Below are positions 1-12,700 of a stretch of DNA of 64,000 bases, piece by piece. The translations under genes and the position numbers were made by a program. This DNA is from Macrostomum lignano. Its lineage: Eukaryota. Where the stretch lies: assembly GCA_002269645.1 (NCBI GenBank), contig NIVC01001591.1, forward strand, positions 62,001-126,000, in the 5' to 3' direction. The notes under the pieces were generated by a model. That model worked only from the letters and a program-made list of their open reading frames with translations, did not search any database and was not told the DNA's origin. Position 1 is the stretch's first letter, and every line of letters begins with the position of its first letter.

Positions 1-44
1 TACTAATTACTAGATCAACAATCAACCGAAACTTACTTAAAGAA

Positions 45-245
45 GTTAGACTATGTGTTACCTGTTAGACAGAAGTGTCACCTTTTATGACTGTTTGACA
101 AAGAGTGTCACTTGTTAGACAGTATAGTGTCACTTGTTAGACAAAGAATGTCACCTGTTTGCCAAATAGTGTCTAAGACAGGAGTATCACATGTTAGACA
201 GGAGATAAGTGTCACTTGTCAGTAATAATAGGAATAAGTGTCATC
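45..245 (-). repeat. Degenerate minisatellite, reverse complement of the 26-bp family at 62.6-63.6 kb
   Basis: Recurrent AGTGTCAC(C/T)TGTTAGACA matches the reverse complement of TGTCTAACAGGTG(TG)ACACT. Confidence 0.6.
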
Positions 246-814
246 CTATAAGGTCGACCTGAGAAGTTGCTGAACTACAGCAACAATTGGCCGTTCTGAG
301 TACATATAATATAAATTTGCTAAACACTCTACTTACGAACTAAATAAGTAGAGTAACCAGAATGCTGAATTTAAACGCGCTGTTTGTTTCAAAAAATATA
401 TATTGTATTGACTGTTTACGAGTAGTCAAGTCAGTGAGTTAGCGCATGAATTTCTTGTTTAACGTATTGTCTTCTAGGGGAAGAACTGCAACACGGCAGC
501 AGGATGCACTCAACGTAACGACCGGGACTGCTATTGAAGCTGAGATGTTTAGCTTGGCGCCAGCACTCCGACACTCGAATTCCGCTGCCATAGACAACTG
601 CAGGCTGGCGATGGGGTGCCAGGTAGATTGTCTCCGAGTAAGTTAAACAACCTTCTACTGATGGAGCCACGGAGGCTGCGTAATAATAGTCAGTTGACTC
701 ATTTTCTTCTGTAGTAAGTTGATTGGCCCCGATGCAGAAGACAGTGGACGGAGTGTTGGCGCAGCCGCTTTGCAGTGTTGACTAAAAAGAGGATTTAAAC
801 CACAGACAAAAATT

Positions 815-1240
815 GGTGAGAGTAATAACCGTGAGAGTCACAGAGAATCTACCGTGAGAGTCACAGAGAATCTACAGTGAGAGTCACAGAGAATCTACAG
901 TGAGAGTCACAGAGAATCTACAGTGAGAGTCACAGAGAATCTACAGTGAGAGTCACAGAGAATCTACAGTGAGAGTCACAGAGAATCTACAGTGAGAGTC
1001 ACAGAGAATCTACAGTGAGAGTCACAGAGAATCTACAGTGAGAGTCACAGAGAATCTACCGTGAGAGTCACAGAGAATCTACCGTGAGAGTCACAGAGAA
1101 TCTACAGTGAGAGTCACAGAGAATCTACCGTGAGAGTCACAGAGAATCTACAGTGAGAGTCACAGAGAATCTACAGTGAGAGTCACAGAGAATCTACAGT
1201 GAGAGTCACAGAGAATCTACAGTGAGACTCACAGAGATTT
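815..1240 (+). repeat. 23-bp minisatellite GTGAGAGTCACAGAGAATCTACA, ~18 copies
   Basis: Near-perfect tandem units; starts at a donor-like G|GTGAGA. Confidence 0.95.
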
Positions 1241-1699
1241 TACTTGGGTTAGTCACGAGTTTAATAAATAATTTTATTGATTTATTTATTTTACAGGAAA
1301 GCAGTTTAAATTAGCCTTACCACTTGAGTCATGCTCAGATGAAGAATCTGTTTGGAGTGTGGAATCGCCAGTTGAACTTATCTCGGTGGCACAGGGGGGG
1401 GGGGGCGCTACTAGCAAGCCATTGACTTGGTATTTAAAAGGAACGGTTGCAAATATAAAGTCCCTGACAATTAAAATACTAGCATATAGCTAGCATATTA
1501 AAATACGAGCATATAGCTGAAACCAACACTCGAATAAGTGCTCATTTCCGGTCGAATTATTTTTTGAGTTTGGCCAGCTAAAAAAACTAAAATGTTTTTC
1601 GTTTTAGCTGTCAGGGTTATTTTGAAGGTCAGTCGCTGGTGTGTCTTTTGGATTTAACTCTCTGGCTGTGAGGGTAATTTTAGCGACATCATGTATATA

Positions 1700-1960
1700 T
1701 TGTTGAGATTTCAGTGTCTAACATGTTACAGTGAAAATCTAACAGATCTCCAGTGTCTAACATGTCTAACATGTTACAATGAAAGTTTAACAGATATCCA
1801 GTGTCTAACATGTCTAACATGTTACAATGAAAGTTTAACAGATATCCAGTGTCTAACATGTCTAACATGTTACAGTGAAAATCTAACAGATATCCAGTGT
1901 CTAACATGTCCAGCATGTTACAGTGAAAATCTAACAGATATCCAGTGTCTAACAGTTCAA
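1700..1960 (+). repeat. Compound minisatellite (GTGTCTAACATGT / TACAGTGAAAATCTAACAGATATCCA)
   Basis: About 5 tandem compound units; explains the repetitive ORFs at 1689-2086. Confidence 0.85.
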
Positions 1961-2198
1961 AAAGAGACTTTTCTGTCGAAATTCTGTCCATCTGCGCCAA
2001 AAGAACGTTACAGAAACATACAGAAGGCTCAAAAGCAATGCTCAACAATCTTTCGATTTGAGCCAATCAGAGAAATGAAGGAATAGAGAAAAAATGGGAA
2101 TGAGTTAACGAGCGGCTTATAAGACAGTTTGGGAAGGCTTGATCCTTCGAGCCGAATTCTCCAAAACCCTTGCTAACCCGACTGCATCCTTTGTCGCC

Positions 2199-5100
2199 AT
2201 GGAAACTGAAGACGCTAACGACGATAGCATGCACCAGACAACGGCGGAGACGCAGCGAATGACATTCATCCTGACCGGTTGCACCGGCACAGCCGTCTGC
2301 TGCTTTGGCATTGTTGCAAATCTGCTTTCGCTAGCTGTGCTGACTAAGAAATGCATGCGAAGCAGCAACACGAACCTGTACTTGTGCGCTCTGGCTGTGG
2401 CGGACACGATGGTTCTGCTCATGTCCACTCTGGTGTTTCTAAAAAATACTCGAACAGATTTTGATTCGCCAGAATTCCTAGTCTGGAGCGACTTCCCAGC
2501 AATGCCCTACATCTACATGTACTCGCATGCCATGAACCTGCTGTTCCAGGCGAGTGAGCTGGTGCTGCTGTTAGATCTGTTAGATCGAGTTAGCCCATGT
2601 GTTTGCCGTTGGACTGAGGTCTCTGTTCTCACCTGATGTAGACTGTTCTCACCTCCTACAGACACTGTTCTCTTCTGTTTACAGACACTGTCCTCCTCTG
2701 TTTACAGACATTATCCTCACCTGTTTACAGACATTATCCTCTCATCTGTTTTAAACAGAAAAATCCTCACCTGTTTACAGACATTATTTTCACCTGTTTA
2801 CGGACATTGTTCTCACCTGTTTACAGACATTATCCTTACCTGTTTACAGACATTATCCTCACCTGTTTACAGACATTATCCTCACCTGTTTACAGACATT
2901 TATCCTCCTCTGTTTACAGACACTGTCCTCCTCTGTTTACAGACATTATCCTCACCTGTTTACAGACATTTATCCTCCTCTGTTTACAGACACTGTCCTC
3001 CTCTGTTTACAGACATTATCCTCACCTGTTTACAGACATTATTCTTACCTGTTTACAGACATTATCCTTACCTGTTTACAGACATTATCCTCACCTGTTT
3101 ACAGACATTATCCTCACCTGTTTACAGACATTTATCCTCCTCTGTTTACAGACACTGTCCTCCTCTGTTTACAGACATTATCCTCACCTGTTTACAGACA
3201 TTATTCTTACCTGTTTACAGACATTATTCTTACCTGTTTACAGACATTATCCTTACCTGTTTACAGACATTATCCTTACCTGTTTACAGACATTATCCTT
3301 ACCTGTTTACAGACATTATCCTCTCACCTGTTTACAGACATTATCCTTACCTGTTTACAGACATTATCCTCACATTATTTTCACCTGTTTACGGACAGTA
3401 TCTTCACCAGTTTACAGGCATTATCCACACCCGTTTACAGACATTACAAAGTTAATTCTTAAAGGTAATCCTTCTTGAGCAGTTGAGTCACTTGAGTAGT
3501 TAAAATCAAGGCAAGTCATCAAGCACAAGAATCCTTTTGAAGTTGAGAAGAAACTTTCAAATTGCTTCCCAAGCCTAACTACCTTTTTTACTAGTCAATT
3601 TCCACTTGCTTCTGTGAGCCCCGATGCAGAAACTCTTTGAGCGAAGCCTTATTTGGACGAAAAGCTTTCAGATAATTAAGAAGCTCCGTTTACAGGTTGA
3701 GTGAAGCTTGCCAACTACAGAAAGCCCAAAATCACTTATCATGTAGAGTCTGCTTGGCAGGAGTCGGAGCTGCACTTTTATTGCCTATTTGCCGTCACGT
3801 GATTTGCCTGCTAGCTGAAAGTTACCCGCGCTGAGCAGCTAGAGCCGCCCCCGTCTCCCCCGACTCTGCTCCCGCTGCCCCTATTTCCAACGTGTCATAT
3901 TCACTTGCTATCTTTTAAAGTATATCTCTGCTGCAGATCCCTGCCTCGCGCCCTCGATTGAACTCGCCTCTCCTCCGCCTCTCACCCGCACCCTCACCAG
4001 CCCTCTTCTCCGCCTCTCACCCGCACCCTCACCAGCCCTCTTCTCCGCCTCTCACCCGCACCCTCACCAGCCCTCTTCTCCGCCTCTCACCCGCACCCTC
4101 ACCAGCCCTCTTCTCCGCCTCTCACCCGCACCCTCACCAGCCCTCTTCTCCGCCTCTCACCCGCACCCTCACCAGCCCTCTTCTCCGCCTCTCACCCGCA
4201 CCCTCACCAGCCCTCTTCTCCGCCTCTCACCCGCACCCTCACAGCCCTCTTCTCCGCCTCTCACCCGCACCCTCACCAGCCCTCTCCTCCGCCTCTCACC
4301 CGCACCCTCACCAGCCCTCTTCTCCGCCTCTCACCCGCACCCTCACCAGCCCCTCCTCCGCCTCTCACCCGCACCCTCACCAGCCCTCTTCTCCGCCTCT
4401 CACCCGCACCCTCACAGCCCTCTTCTCCGCCTCTCACCCGCACCCTCACCAGCCCTCTTCTCCGCCTCTCACCCGCACCCTCACCAGCCCCTCCTCCGCC
4501 TCTCACCCGCACCCTCACCAGCCCTCTTCTCCGCCTCTCACCCGCACCCTCACCAGCCCTCTTCTCCGCCTCTCACCCGCACCCTCACCAGCCCTCTTCT
4601 CCGCCTCTCACCCGCACCCTCACCAGCCCTCTCCTCCGCCTCTCACCCGCACCCTCACCAGCCCTCTCCTCCGCCTATCACCCGCACCCTCACCAGCCCT
4701 CTTCTCCGCCTCTCATCCGCACCCTCACCAGCCCTCTCCTCCGCCTTTTACTCCTCCCTCTCCTCTGCCACTTCATCAATCTCCCTCAACCGCTCTTCCC
4801 TCTAACGCATGAATCTCAAATATATTCATAAATAAATAATTACGGTAAACATTGAGCAGCAAGAAACAGCTGTTAGTGCCTAGTGACAGGGAAGTTACCG
4901 TAATTACTGAGTCTCGACATTGTGTTAGACAAATTATTTAACATACTCAAATACGATATTCACTCACTGGCTCGCTGTAAAGAGTGATTAAACAGAATAG
5001 AATCAATTTTTCAGCAACAGGTGCAGCTCGCTATGCAAATTTTTCCAAGGAAGATTCGTGACCAAGCAAACACCCAGAAAATAACATTGCGACCCAGAGC

Positions 5101-7909
5101 ATCAAGCAGTCAAAATATTTTGATTTTTTTATAGTTGTATCTATAGCTTGCAAATCGACTAACCTTCATAATAACAAAATAATTTTCAAATTTAATTTTT
5201 TAAAAATATTGGTTTGATTAAAACAAAAATGCTTTTAGCGTTATAATTGTATTAAGCTATATAATATCGATGCCTTATTTTTATAGTTTCCGGATTTTCG
5301 CGCGAATTTAAATTTTTCAACACCCAAGGTTGCGGAATTAAATATTATGCAATCGTTATCTACGAGTACATGGTAAAATTTCGTACAAGTATAACAAGGC
5401 TCATAATCTTTTCACCCTTAAGCAACGGTTGCTTACTGTAAATCCAGGAAGAAGCCAAAATAATCTCCCTTCATCATGCAGAGCTGTGTGAGTCCGTATA
5501 TCACAAAGACAACTCAACAAAAAGGAGGGGGGCCTGAGAGACTAACAAGATGACAGAGACTCAAAGGAAAATGAATAGTTTTGTTTGAAAAGTTGCGAGC
5601 CGCACACTGACTAAGATGGGGAGCAGGAATCTTTGACGAGTTAGCCTTTTTTCCTTTGGAGCAGCTGCGCGTGTTCCCCAGTAATTACAGGATTCAACCA
5701 GGTAAGCCGACAAGGCAATGACTACCTGTACCGTGTTTGAGCAGCTTCTCAAGTAGAAAACTTTTAAATTAGGTCTCGTTAGAATTGTCAGGCGGGACAA
5801 CAAAAAAAGCACGCAGTTGTCGATTTATTTTGGGAGCTGCTCAAATTCATATCGTTCTTTTGTTTTTTCGACAAACCGTAGCCCGGCTGACTTGTTGTAG
5901 CCAGACTAATTAGGGATGCTTCTGGATTCGGTCTGAACCGATTGCTTTATTCTCGAGATTCTTTAGGAATTCAGCACTAGGCTGATTAGTGGACGAAGGC
6001 TGCAACTTTGTGTGTCTAAAGATGAATAAAAACATTGATTAGTAAGAATTGCTACCAAGGTTGTTGAAGTATAAATAAGAATTGGTGTTTTTAGATTCTC
6101 TCACCTGATAGATAAAGACTCCTACCTGATAGATAAGGACTCTTACCTGATAGATAAGGTCTCGCACTTGATAGATAAGGACTCTTACCTGATAGATAAG
6201 GACTCTTACCTGATAGATAAGGACTCTTACCTGATAGATAAGGACTCGCACTTAATATTGATAGATAAGGACTCTCAGCTGATAGATAAGGATTCCCACT
6301 TGATAGATAATGATTGTCACCTGTTATAGATAAATAGATTTAAGTATCAGCACCTGACTGATAAAGATTCTCAATTGGGAAATACGGGTAAAATTATTGC
6401 CTATTAAACAAAAAACCCCAAGCCATCTGATAAACAATAACTGAAGCTGAGGCCAAGAATAAAACAACAGACCCTATCGAACACCTTTGTCAGGTGGCAT
6501 CTGTGTGGCTAACCGTGGCCTTCACAGCCGACCGCTACCTCATGATCTGCCATCCATTTCTTGCCGAGCGTCTCTGCAGTCGTCGTCTTGTCGGCCAGGT
6601 GGTAATTAGCATATTCGTCTGCTCAACTCTCTACACTCTGCCTCGACTATTTGAGCACGAGATTTTCACACCCAGTTTGCCGGAATTTTTGGCCAATCTG
6701 AACGACACACAGTTGGATCGCCTGGAGAACCAGCTGGTGCAGCACCAGGCCAACGGCCGAGTATTGGCTGCACAGCTGAGACAGGTCTGAGTCTTCTAAG
6801 TGCTGATTTCCTGTTGCTAAGTGAGTGGCCTGCTAGGTTGTTAGACTTGGAATCAAGCTGTTAGATGAATACTCAAGCTGTTGGATAAATACTCAAGCTG
6901 TTAGATAAATACTCAAGCTGTTAGATAAATACTCAAGCTGTTGGATAAATACTCAAGCTGTTAGACAAAAACTCAAGCTGTTAGATAACTACTCCAGCGG
7001 TTAGACAAGGACTCCAGCTGTTCCCCTACTATTTTCCAGCTGGTGAAAGGCGGCGAACGAACCTGGTACCACCTGTCGAAATTGGGCGTTACCTCCGAGT
7101 ACCGGATCTACTACCACCTGGTGGCCTGGCTAATCCTGGTAGTCCTGCTGCCCTTCATCAGTCTGGCTGTGATGAACGCCTTCCTAGTCCGGGCTGTTCG
7201 CCGGGCTCGCCAGCGAAGTCGCCGACTCAGCGGCTCCCTGAGCGTCGCCGGACCGCCGCAAGCCTCTTCGAGCAACTTCGCTGGAGGAGCAGCTGGCCGA
7301 CCGGGCGGTCCTCAGGGCCCGGTTGGTCGTCATCAGCGGACGAGAAGCGACACCACCGTGATGCTAATCGGCGTCATTGTGCTGTTCTTCGTCTGCCAGA
7401 TCCCCGCAGCCGTGATGCACGCCCTGTGGAGCACCAGGAAGATCGGGCAGAAGCTGGTCTTGGCCGACTACGCATTTCAAGACGTGTCGAACCTGTTGGT
7501 AGTGCTGAACTCAGCCATCAACATCGTGCCGTATTGCTTGTTTAGCGGCAAATTCCGTCGCCAGCTACTTGGGACTCTGCTCTGCTGCGCCGGCGCCCAC
7601 TGCGCCAGGAAAATCGGCGCTTCGCTTGACGGCGCCGACGTGCCGAGGGCAGCCGTTGCGGCATCTGGTCTGAACCGGCTGGTCCAGTCTAGAACTATGG
7701 AGTTGCGCTCTGTGGCCGCTCAGAATAGCAGGCCTGCTGCGGAGGCTTCCATGTTGAAGCGGACGAGGAAACAGCAGCAGCAACAGCAGCAGCAAGCTGA
7801 GCAGAAGCAGAAAAAGAATCGAAATCCTAGAAGGCAATCGACAATGTCGTTTGGCTATCATTACGGACCGTTTCTAGTCGACGCTGAACTGATGTCCCTG
7901 CCAGTGTGA
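2199..7909 (+). CDS. Class A (rhodopsin-like) GPCR, FMRFamide/neuropeptide receptor-like, 3 coding exons, ~503 aa
   Basis: Exons 2199-2549, 6494-6784 and 7040-7909 join in phase 0/0. Motifs: TM1 GIVANLLSLAVL, TM2 NLYLCALAVAD, TM3 ASVWLTVAFTADRYLMICHPF, TM6 VLFFVCQIPAA, TM7 LNSAINIVPYCLFSGKFRR. ATG in GCCATGG context. Intron 1 needs a GC donor (CAG|GCGAGT). Confidence 0.92.
2625..3450 (+). repeat. ~23-bp minisatellite CCTCACCTGTTTACAGACATTAT, GPCR intron 1
   Basis: Tandem units with variants and higher-order duplication. Confidence 0.95.
3955..4800 (+). repeat. 35-bp C-rich minisatellite CTCCGCCTCTCACCCGCACCCTCACCAGCCCTCTT, GPCR intron 1
   Basis: About 22 tandem units. Confidence 0.95.
6095..6370 (+). 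repeat. 21-bp minisatellite CTCTTACCTGATAGATAAGGA
   Basis: About 10 units near the 3' end of GPCR intron 1. Confidence 0.9.
6830..7020 (+). repeat. 20-bp minisatellite CTCAAGCTGTTAGATAAATA filling GPCR intron 2
   Basis: About 8 units. Confidence 0.9.
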
Positions 7910-7989
7910 GGCGAGTGATTCTCACAGAGTGTGACGCGGTTTTGTTTTAGCAGTCTCTATGTCTTTATGGGTTACGATTTTTGGATTAT

Positions 7990-8680
7990 GCTTCAGCAGC
8001 CCCTGCCCCACAGCCCCTACCCCAACTCCTGCCCAGCACTAGCTCCCTGCCCCAAATCCCCCCTGCCCCCACACTCCCTGCCCCCACACCCCCTGCCCCA
8101 ACTCCCCTGCCCCCACACCCCCTGCCCCAGCACTCTCTGCCCCACACCCCTGCCCCAGCACTCTCTGTCCCCACATCCCCTGCCCCAACTCCCCCTGCCC
8201 CCACACCCCTGCCCCAAATCCCCCTGCCCCCATACCCCTGCCCCAACTCCCCCTGCCCTAACTCCCCCTGCCCCAACACCCCCTGCCCCAACTCCCCCTG
8301 CCGCCACACCCCCTGCCCCAGCACTCTCTGCCCCAACTCCCCCTGCCGCCACACCCCTGCCCCAGCACTCTCTGCCCCAACTCCCCCTGCCCCTACACCG
8401 CCTGTCCCAGCACTCTCTGCCCCCACACCCCCTGCCCCAACTCCCCTGTCCCAGCACTCTCTGCCCCCACACCCCTGCCCCAACTCCCCCTGTCCCAGCA
8501 CTCTCTGCCCCCACGCCCCTTGCCCCACTGCCCCAACTCCCTTTCCCCCACATCCCCTGCCCCAACTCCCCACGCCCCACACCTCCTGCCCCAACACCCC
8601 TGCCCGCCACACCCCCTGCCCCAACTCCCCCTGCCCCAACAGCCTCTGCCCCAACAATCCCACCCACCCGCACCCACCCG
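7990..8680 (+). repeat. C-rich ~15-bp minisatellite CCCCTGCCCCAACTC downstream of the GPCR
   Basis: Degenerate tandem units; source of the Pro- and Gly-rich spurious ORFs. Confidence 0.9.
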
Positions 8681-9339
8681 TGTTGGTGTCGCTTTGCTAA
8701 CACTTTGTAACATTACAAATTTGTAAAATTTCACTTTGTAACATTGTAACATTACAAAACCCAATTTTTTCCCGTGTTATTTTGATCTGATTACTCGTAT
8801 TAGCTTGTATTTCTTTAAAATAAGTGTCACTAGGCGCGCCAAAATGAATGTCAAGTAATGGCGTCAAAATTATGATAACAAATTTCAAGTACATATATTT
8901 TCACCTTTTAACCCATTATCATGTGTACATTTGTGTACTTGTAATTTGTTCCTTGAATATGTAATTATCCGTATAGCTTATTGTTGCGATTCAATTGCTT
9001 TTAGGCTACGGAAGCAAAACTGCTTTCCAGTTTTGTCCTGCTAGTGCCGGGTTTTCAACCTGAGCAGATAAAGGCAGTTCCAAAAAGGTAACATTTGATT
9101 TTTTATTCATACTCAGCACTTGCACTGGAATGCAATCAACATCTGTGTATTTCTGCTTCTGTTCACCCGATTTGCACTGACAAAACCCGCGACGCTTAAC
9201 TGATCCCCTTTGTACTCTCTGCACTCCCCTCAGCTTTGCTTTTGGCTTTTTGGCTATTTGGCTTTTGCTTTGCTCTGATTTGCATGCCCCACTCTTCATA
9301 TCTGCTGTTTTTTGTCCAAATCTCACTTGTACAGCTCTC

Positions 9340-9720
9340 TCATCACTTACCCGCCACTCTCATCACTCCCTCTCGTCTCTCCTTATCATCTCTTCTCTCA
9401 TCTCTTCCTACTAACCGTCATCTATCCCTCTCATCTCTCTACTCATCTCTCCTCTCATCTCTAGTATCATCTCTCTTCTCATCTCTCCCTCTCTCTCTCT
9501 CCCTCTCATCTCTCCCTCTCATCTCTCATTTCTCCCTCTCATCATCCCCCATTCTCATCACTTGCACTCTCACCACTCGCCACTTCTCTTCATCTCTCCT
9601 CGCATCTCTTCCTCTCATCTCTCCATCTAACCACATACACTCACTTCTTCTGCATCTCCCATTCATCTCACCCAGCCGTCTCTTTCTCTCTTTCGCCTTC
9701 CACTCCCCCTCGCCATCATA
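9340..9720 (+). repeat. CT-rich low-complexity tract
   Basis: TCTC/TCATC repeats. Confidence 0.85.
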
Positions 9721-10199
9721 CCATTCGTGGGCAATATGGCTCACGTGTTTATATTTTTTATTGTTTTGCTTGCAAAAACACCGAAGTAATTTTGCACATG
9801 GATCAGATAATGTTTATCTTATAATTATTTTGATAACAACTGAGTAACTTGAGCACCTTATACTGCTTTGAATAAGAATTGTCCTGCACATTCGATATGC
9901 ATAGCTGTTGTTCAAAATTCGTTATAAAATGTTTTTCTTCTGATTAGTTTTTAGTTTTTAAGTCCTGTATGATTTTTTAAAACAGAGGAAGACAAATTTT
10001 TTGAATAAATTTTTTATTCGTTGATTGATGGATGGAATTTTTGTTTTAATTCAATTTTCGCCGGGACATCCGCAAAGCTGATTCTGGCATCTGTATGCAC
10101 TGGAAAAAACTCAAATATTCTTCTAGCTGTCACGGGAATATTTTCATAATATCTTATCTACTCCTATGGGAATCATCTATCCTTCTAAGTAATCTTTTC

Positions 10200-11750
10200 T
10201 CAGTTCCCACCGATGCCCATCCGCCCCTACTGTCTCCCCATCCGCCTCTACTGTCACCATGCACATCCGCCCCTACTGTCACCACATCCGCCCCTACTGT
10301 CACCACATCCGCCCCTACTGTCACCACATCCGCCCCTACTGTCACCACATCCGCCCCTACTGTCACCACATCCGCCCCTACTGTCACCACATCCGCCCCT
10401 ACTGTCTCCCATCCGCCCCTACTGTCTCCCTATCCGCCCCTACTGTCTCCCATCCGCCCCTACTGTCTCCCCATCCGCCCCTACTGTCTCCCCATCCGCC
10501 CCTACTGTCTCCCATCCGCCCCTACTGTCTCCCTATCCGCCCCTACTGTCTCCCTATCCGCCCCTTCTGTCTCCCCATCGGCCTTTACTGCCTCCCCATC
10601 CGCCCCTACTGTCTCCCCATCCACCCCTACTGTCTCCCCATCCGCCCCTACTGTCTCCCATCCGCCCCTACTGTCTCCCATCAGCCCCTACTGTCTCCCC
10701 ATCGGCCTTTACTGCCTCCCCATCCGCCCCTACTGTCTCCCCATCCACCCCTACTGTCTCCCCATCCGCCCCTACTGTCTCCCATCCGCCCCTACTGTCA
10801 CCACATCCGCCCCTACTGTCTCCCATCCGCCCCTACTGTCTCCTATCCGCCCCTACTGTCACCACATCCGCCCCTACTGTCTCCTAACCCAATCCGCCCT
10901 TACTGTCTCCCATCCGCCCCTAGTGTCTCCATCCGCCCCTGCTGTCTCCCATCCGCCCCTACTGTCTCCCATCCGCCCCTACTGTCTCCTATCCGCCCCT
11001 ACTCATGTCTCCTAACACAATCCGCCCTTACTGTGTCCTTTCCGCCCCTGCTGTCTCCCATCCGCCCCTACTGTCTCCTATCCGCCCCTACTGTCACCAC
11101 ATCCACCCCTACTGTCTCCCATCCGCCCCTACTGTCACCACATTCGCCCCTACTGTCTCCCATCCGCCCCTACTGTCTCCTATCCGCCCCTACTGTCACC
11201 ACATCCGCCCCTACTGTCTCCTAACCCAATCCGCCCTTACTGTCTCCCATCCGCCCCTAGTGTCTCCATCCGCCCCTGCTGTCTCCCATCCGCCCCTACT
11301 GTCTCCCATCCGCCCCTACTGTCTCCTATCCGCCCCTACTCATGTCTCCTAACACAATCCGCCCTTACTGTGTCCTTTCCGCCCCTGCTGTCTCCCATCC
11401 GCCCCTACTGTCTCCTATCCGCCCCTACTGTCACCACATCCGCCCCTACTGTCTCCTAACCCAATCCGCCCTTACTGTCTCCCATCCGCCCTAGTGTCTC
11501 CATCCGCCCCTGCTGTCTCCCATCCGCCCCTACTGTCTCCCATCCGCCCCTACTGTCTCCTATCCGCCCCTACTCATGTCTCCTAACCCAATCCGCCCTT
11601 ACTGTGTCCTTTCCGCCCCTGCTGTCTCCCATCCGCCCCTACTGTCTCCTATCCGCCCCTACTCATGTCTCCTAACCCAATCCGCCCTTACTGTCTCCCC
11701 ATCCGCCCCTCTTGTCTCTCCATTCGCCCCCATCTTCCTCGAGCCAACCT
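10200..11750 (+). repeat. 20-21-bp minisatellite CATCCGCCCCTACTGTCTCCC with higher-order duplications
   Basis: Variant unit ACTCATGTCTCCTAAC recurs at ~11000, ~11340 and ~11570. Confidence 0.95.
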
Positions 11751-12169
11751 ACAATCCAGCAGTATTGTGCATACCAATGCAGTAAGCCAGCTATAATGCA
11801 ATCGATCTGGTATGAATACTAGCTAGCATGCATGCTGGAGCAGTGCAAGCACTAATGCAGTGTTAACAGCTTCTGGATATTTCGTAATCTGCAGCGCTTG
11901 GTAAGTGTCTGAAGCATACATGTAACGCATAGCATAATCCTTTCTAATTGGCATGCATGCCAACCCAGTTTGACACAAAACTGCGTGAATATCTTCGCTA
12001 ATTTAGATTCTCAATTAGCTTGATTCTCTGCTGCCGCGAATGTGAATTCTGCAATCATAAAAGTACATTCTAATTCTACTAATGAGTGCATGTCAGTTAA
12101 ATTGTGTCGAGTTACTTTTTTCATTGTTTTCAAATCTTTCGGGGAAACGGGTCCGACGAGAATTCCTGA

Positions 12170-12700
12170 AATGATTTCCAAGAATATCGGAGCCTAGTTT
12201 TCCTGGAATATGGCGCCAAGTTTTCCTGGAATATGGCGCCGAGTTTTCCTGGAATATGGCGCCGAGTTTTCCTGGAATATGGCGCCGAGTTATACTGGAA
12301 TGTGGCGTCGATTTTTCATGGAATATGGCGCTGAGTTTTCCTGGAATATGGTGCCGAGTTTTCCTGGAATATCGGAGCCTAGTTTTCCTGGAATATGGCG
12401 CCGAGTTTTCCTAGTATGTGGCGCCGATTTTTCCTGGAATATGGCGCCAAGTTTTTCTGGAATATGGCGCCAAGTTTTCCTGGAATATGGCGCCAATTGT
12501 TTTCTGGAATATGGCGCCGAGTTTTCCTGGAATATGGCGCCGAGTTTTCCTGGAATATGGCGCCGAGTTTTCCTGGAATATGGCGCCGAGTTTTCCTGGA
12601 ATAGACGTCGAGTTTTCCAAGAAAAGGGGAAGTACTCCTAAAACGTTTTCCAAGAATAGGCCTGAAATAGACCGCCGAACTTTCCTGGAATTAGCCATGT
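12170..12700 (+). repeat. 23-bp minisatellite TTTCCTGGAATATGGCGCCGAGT
   Basis: About 18 units with a GGCGCC core. Confidence 0.95.
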
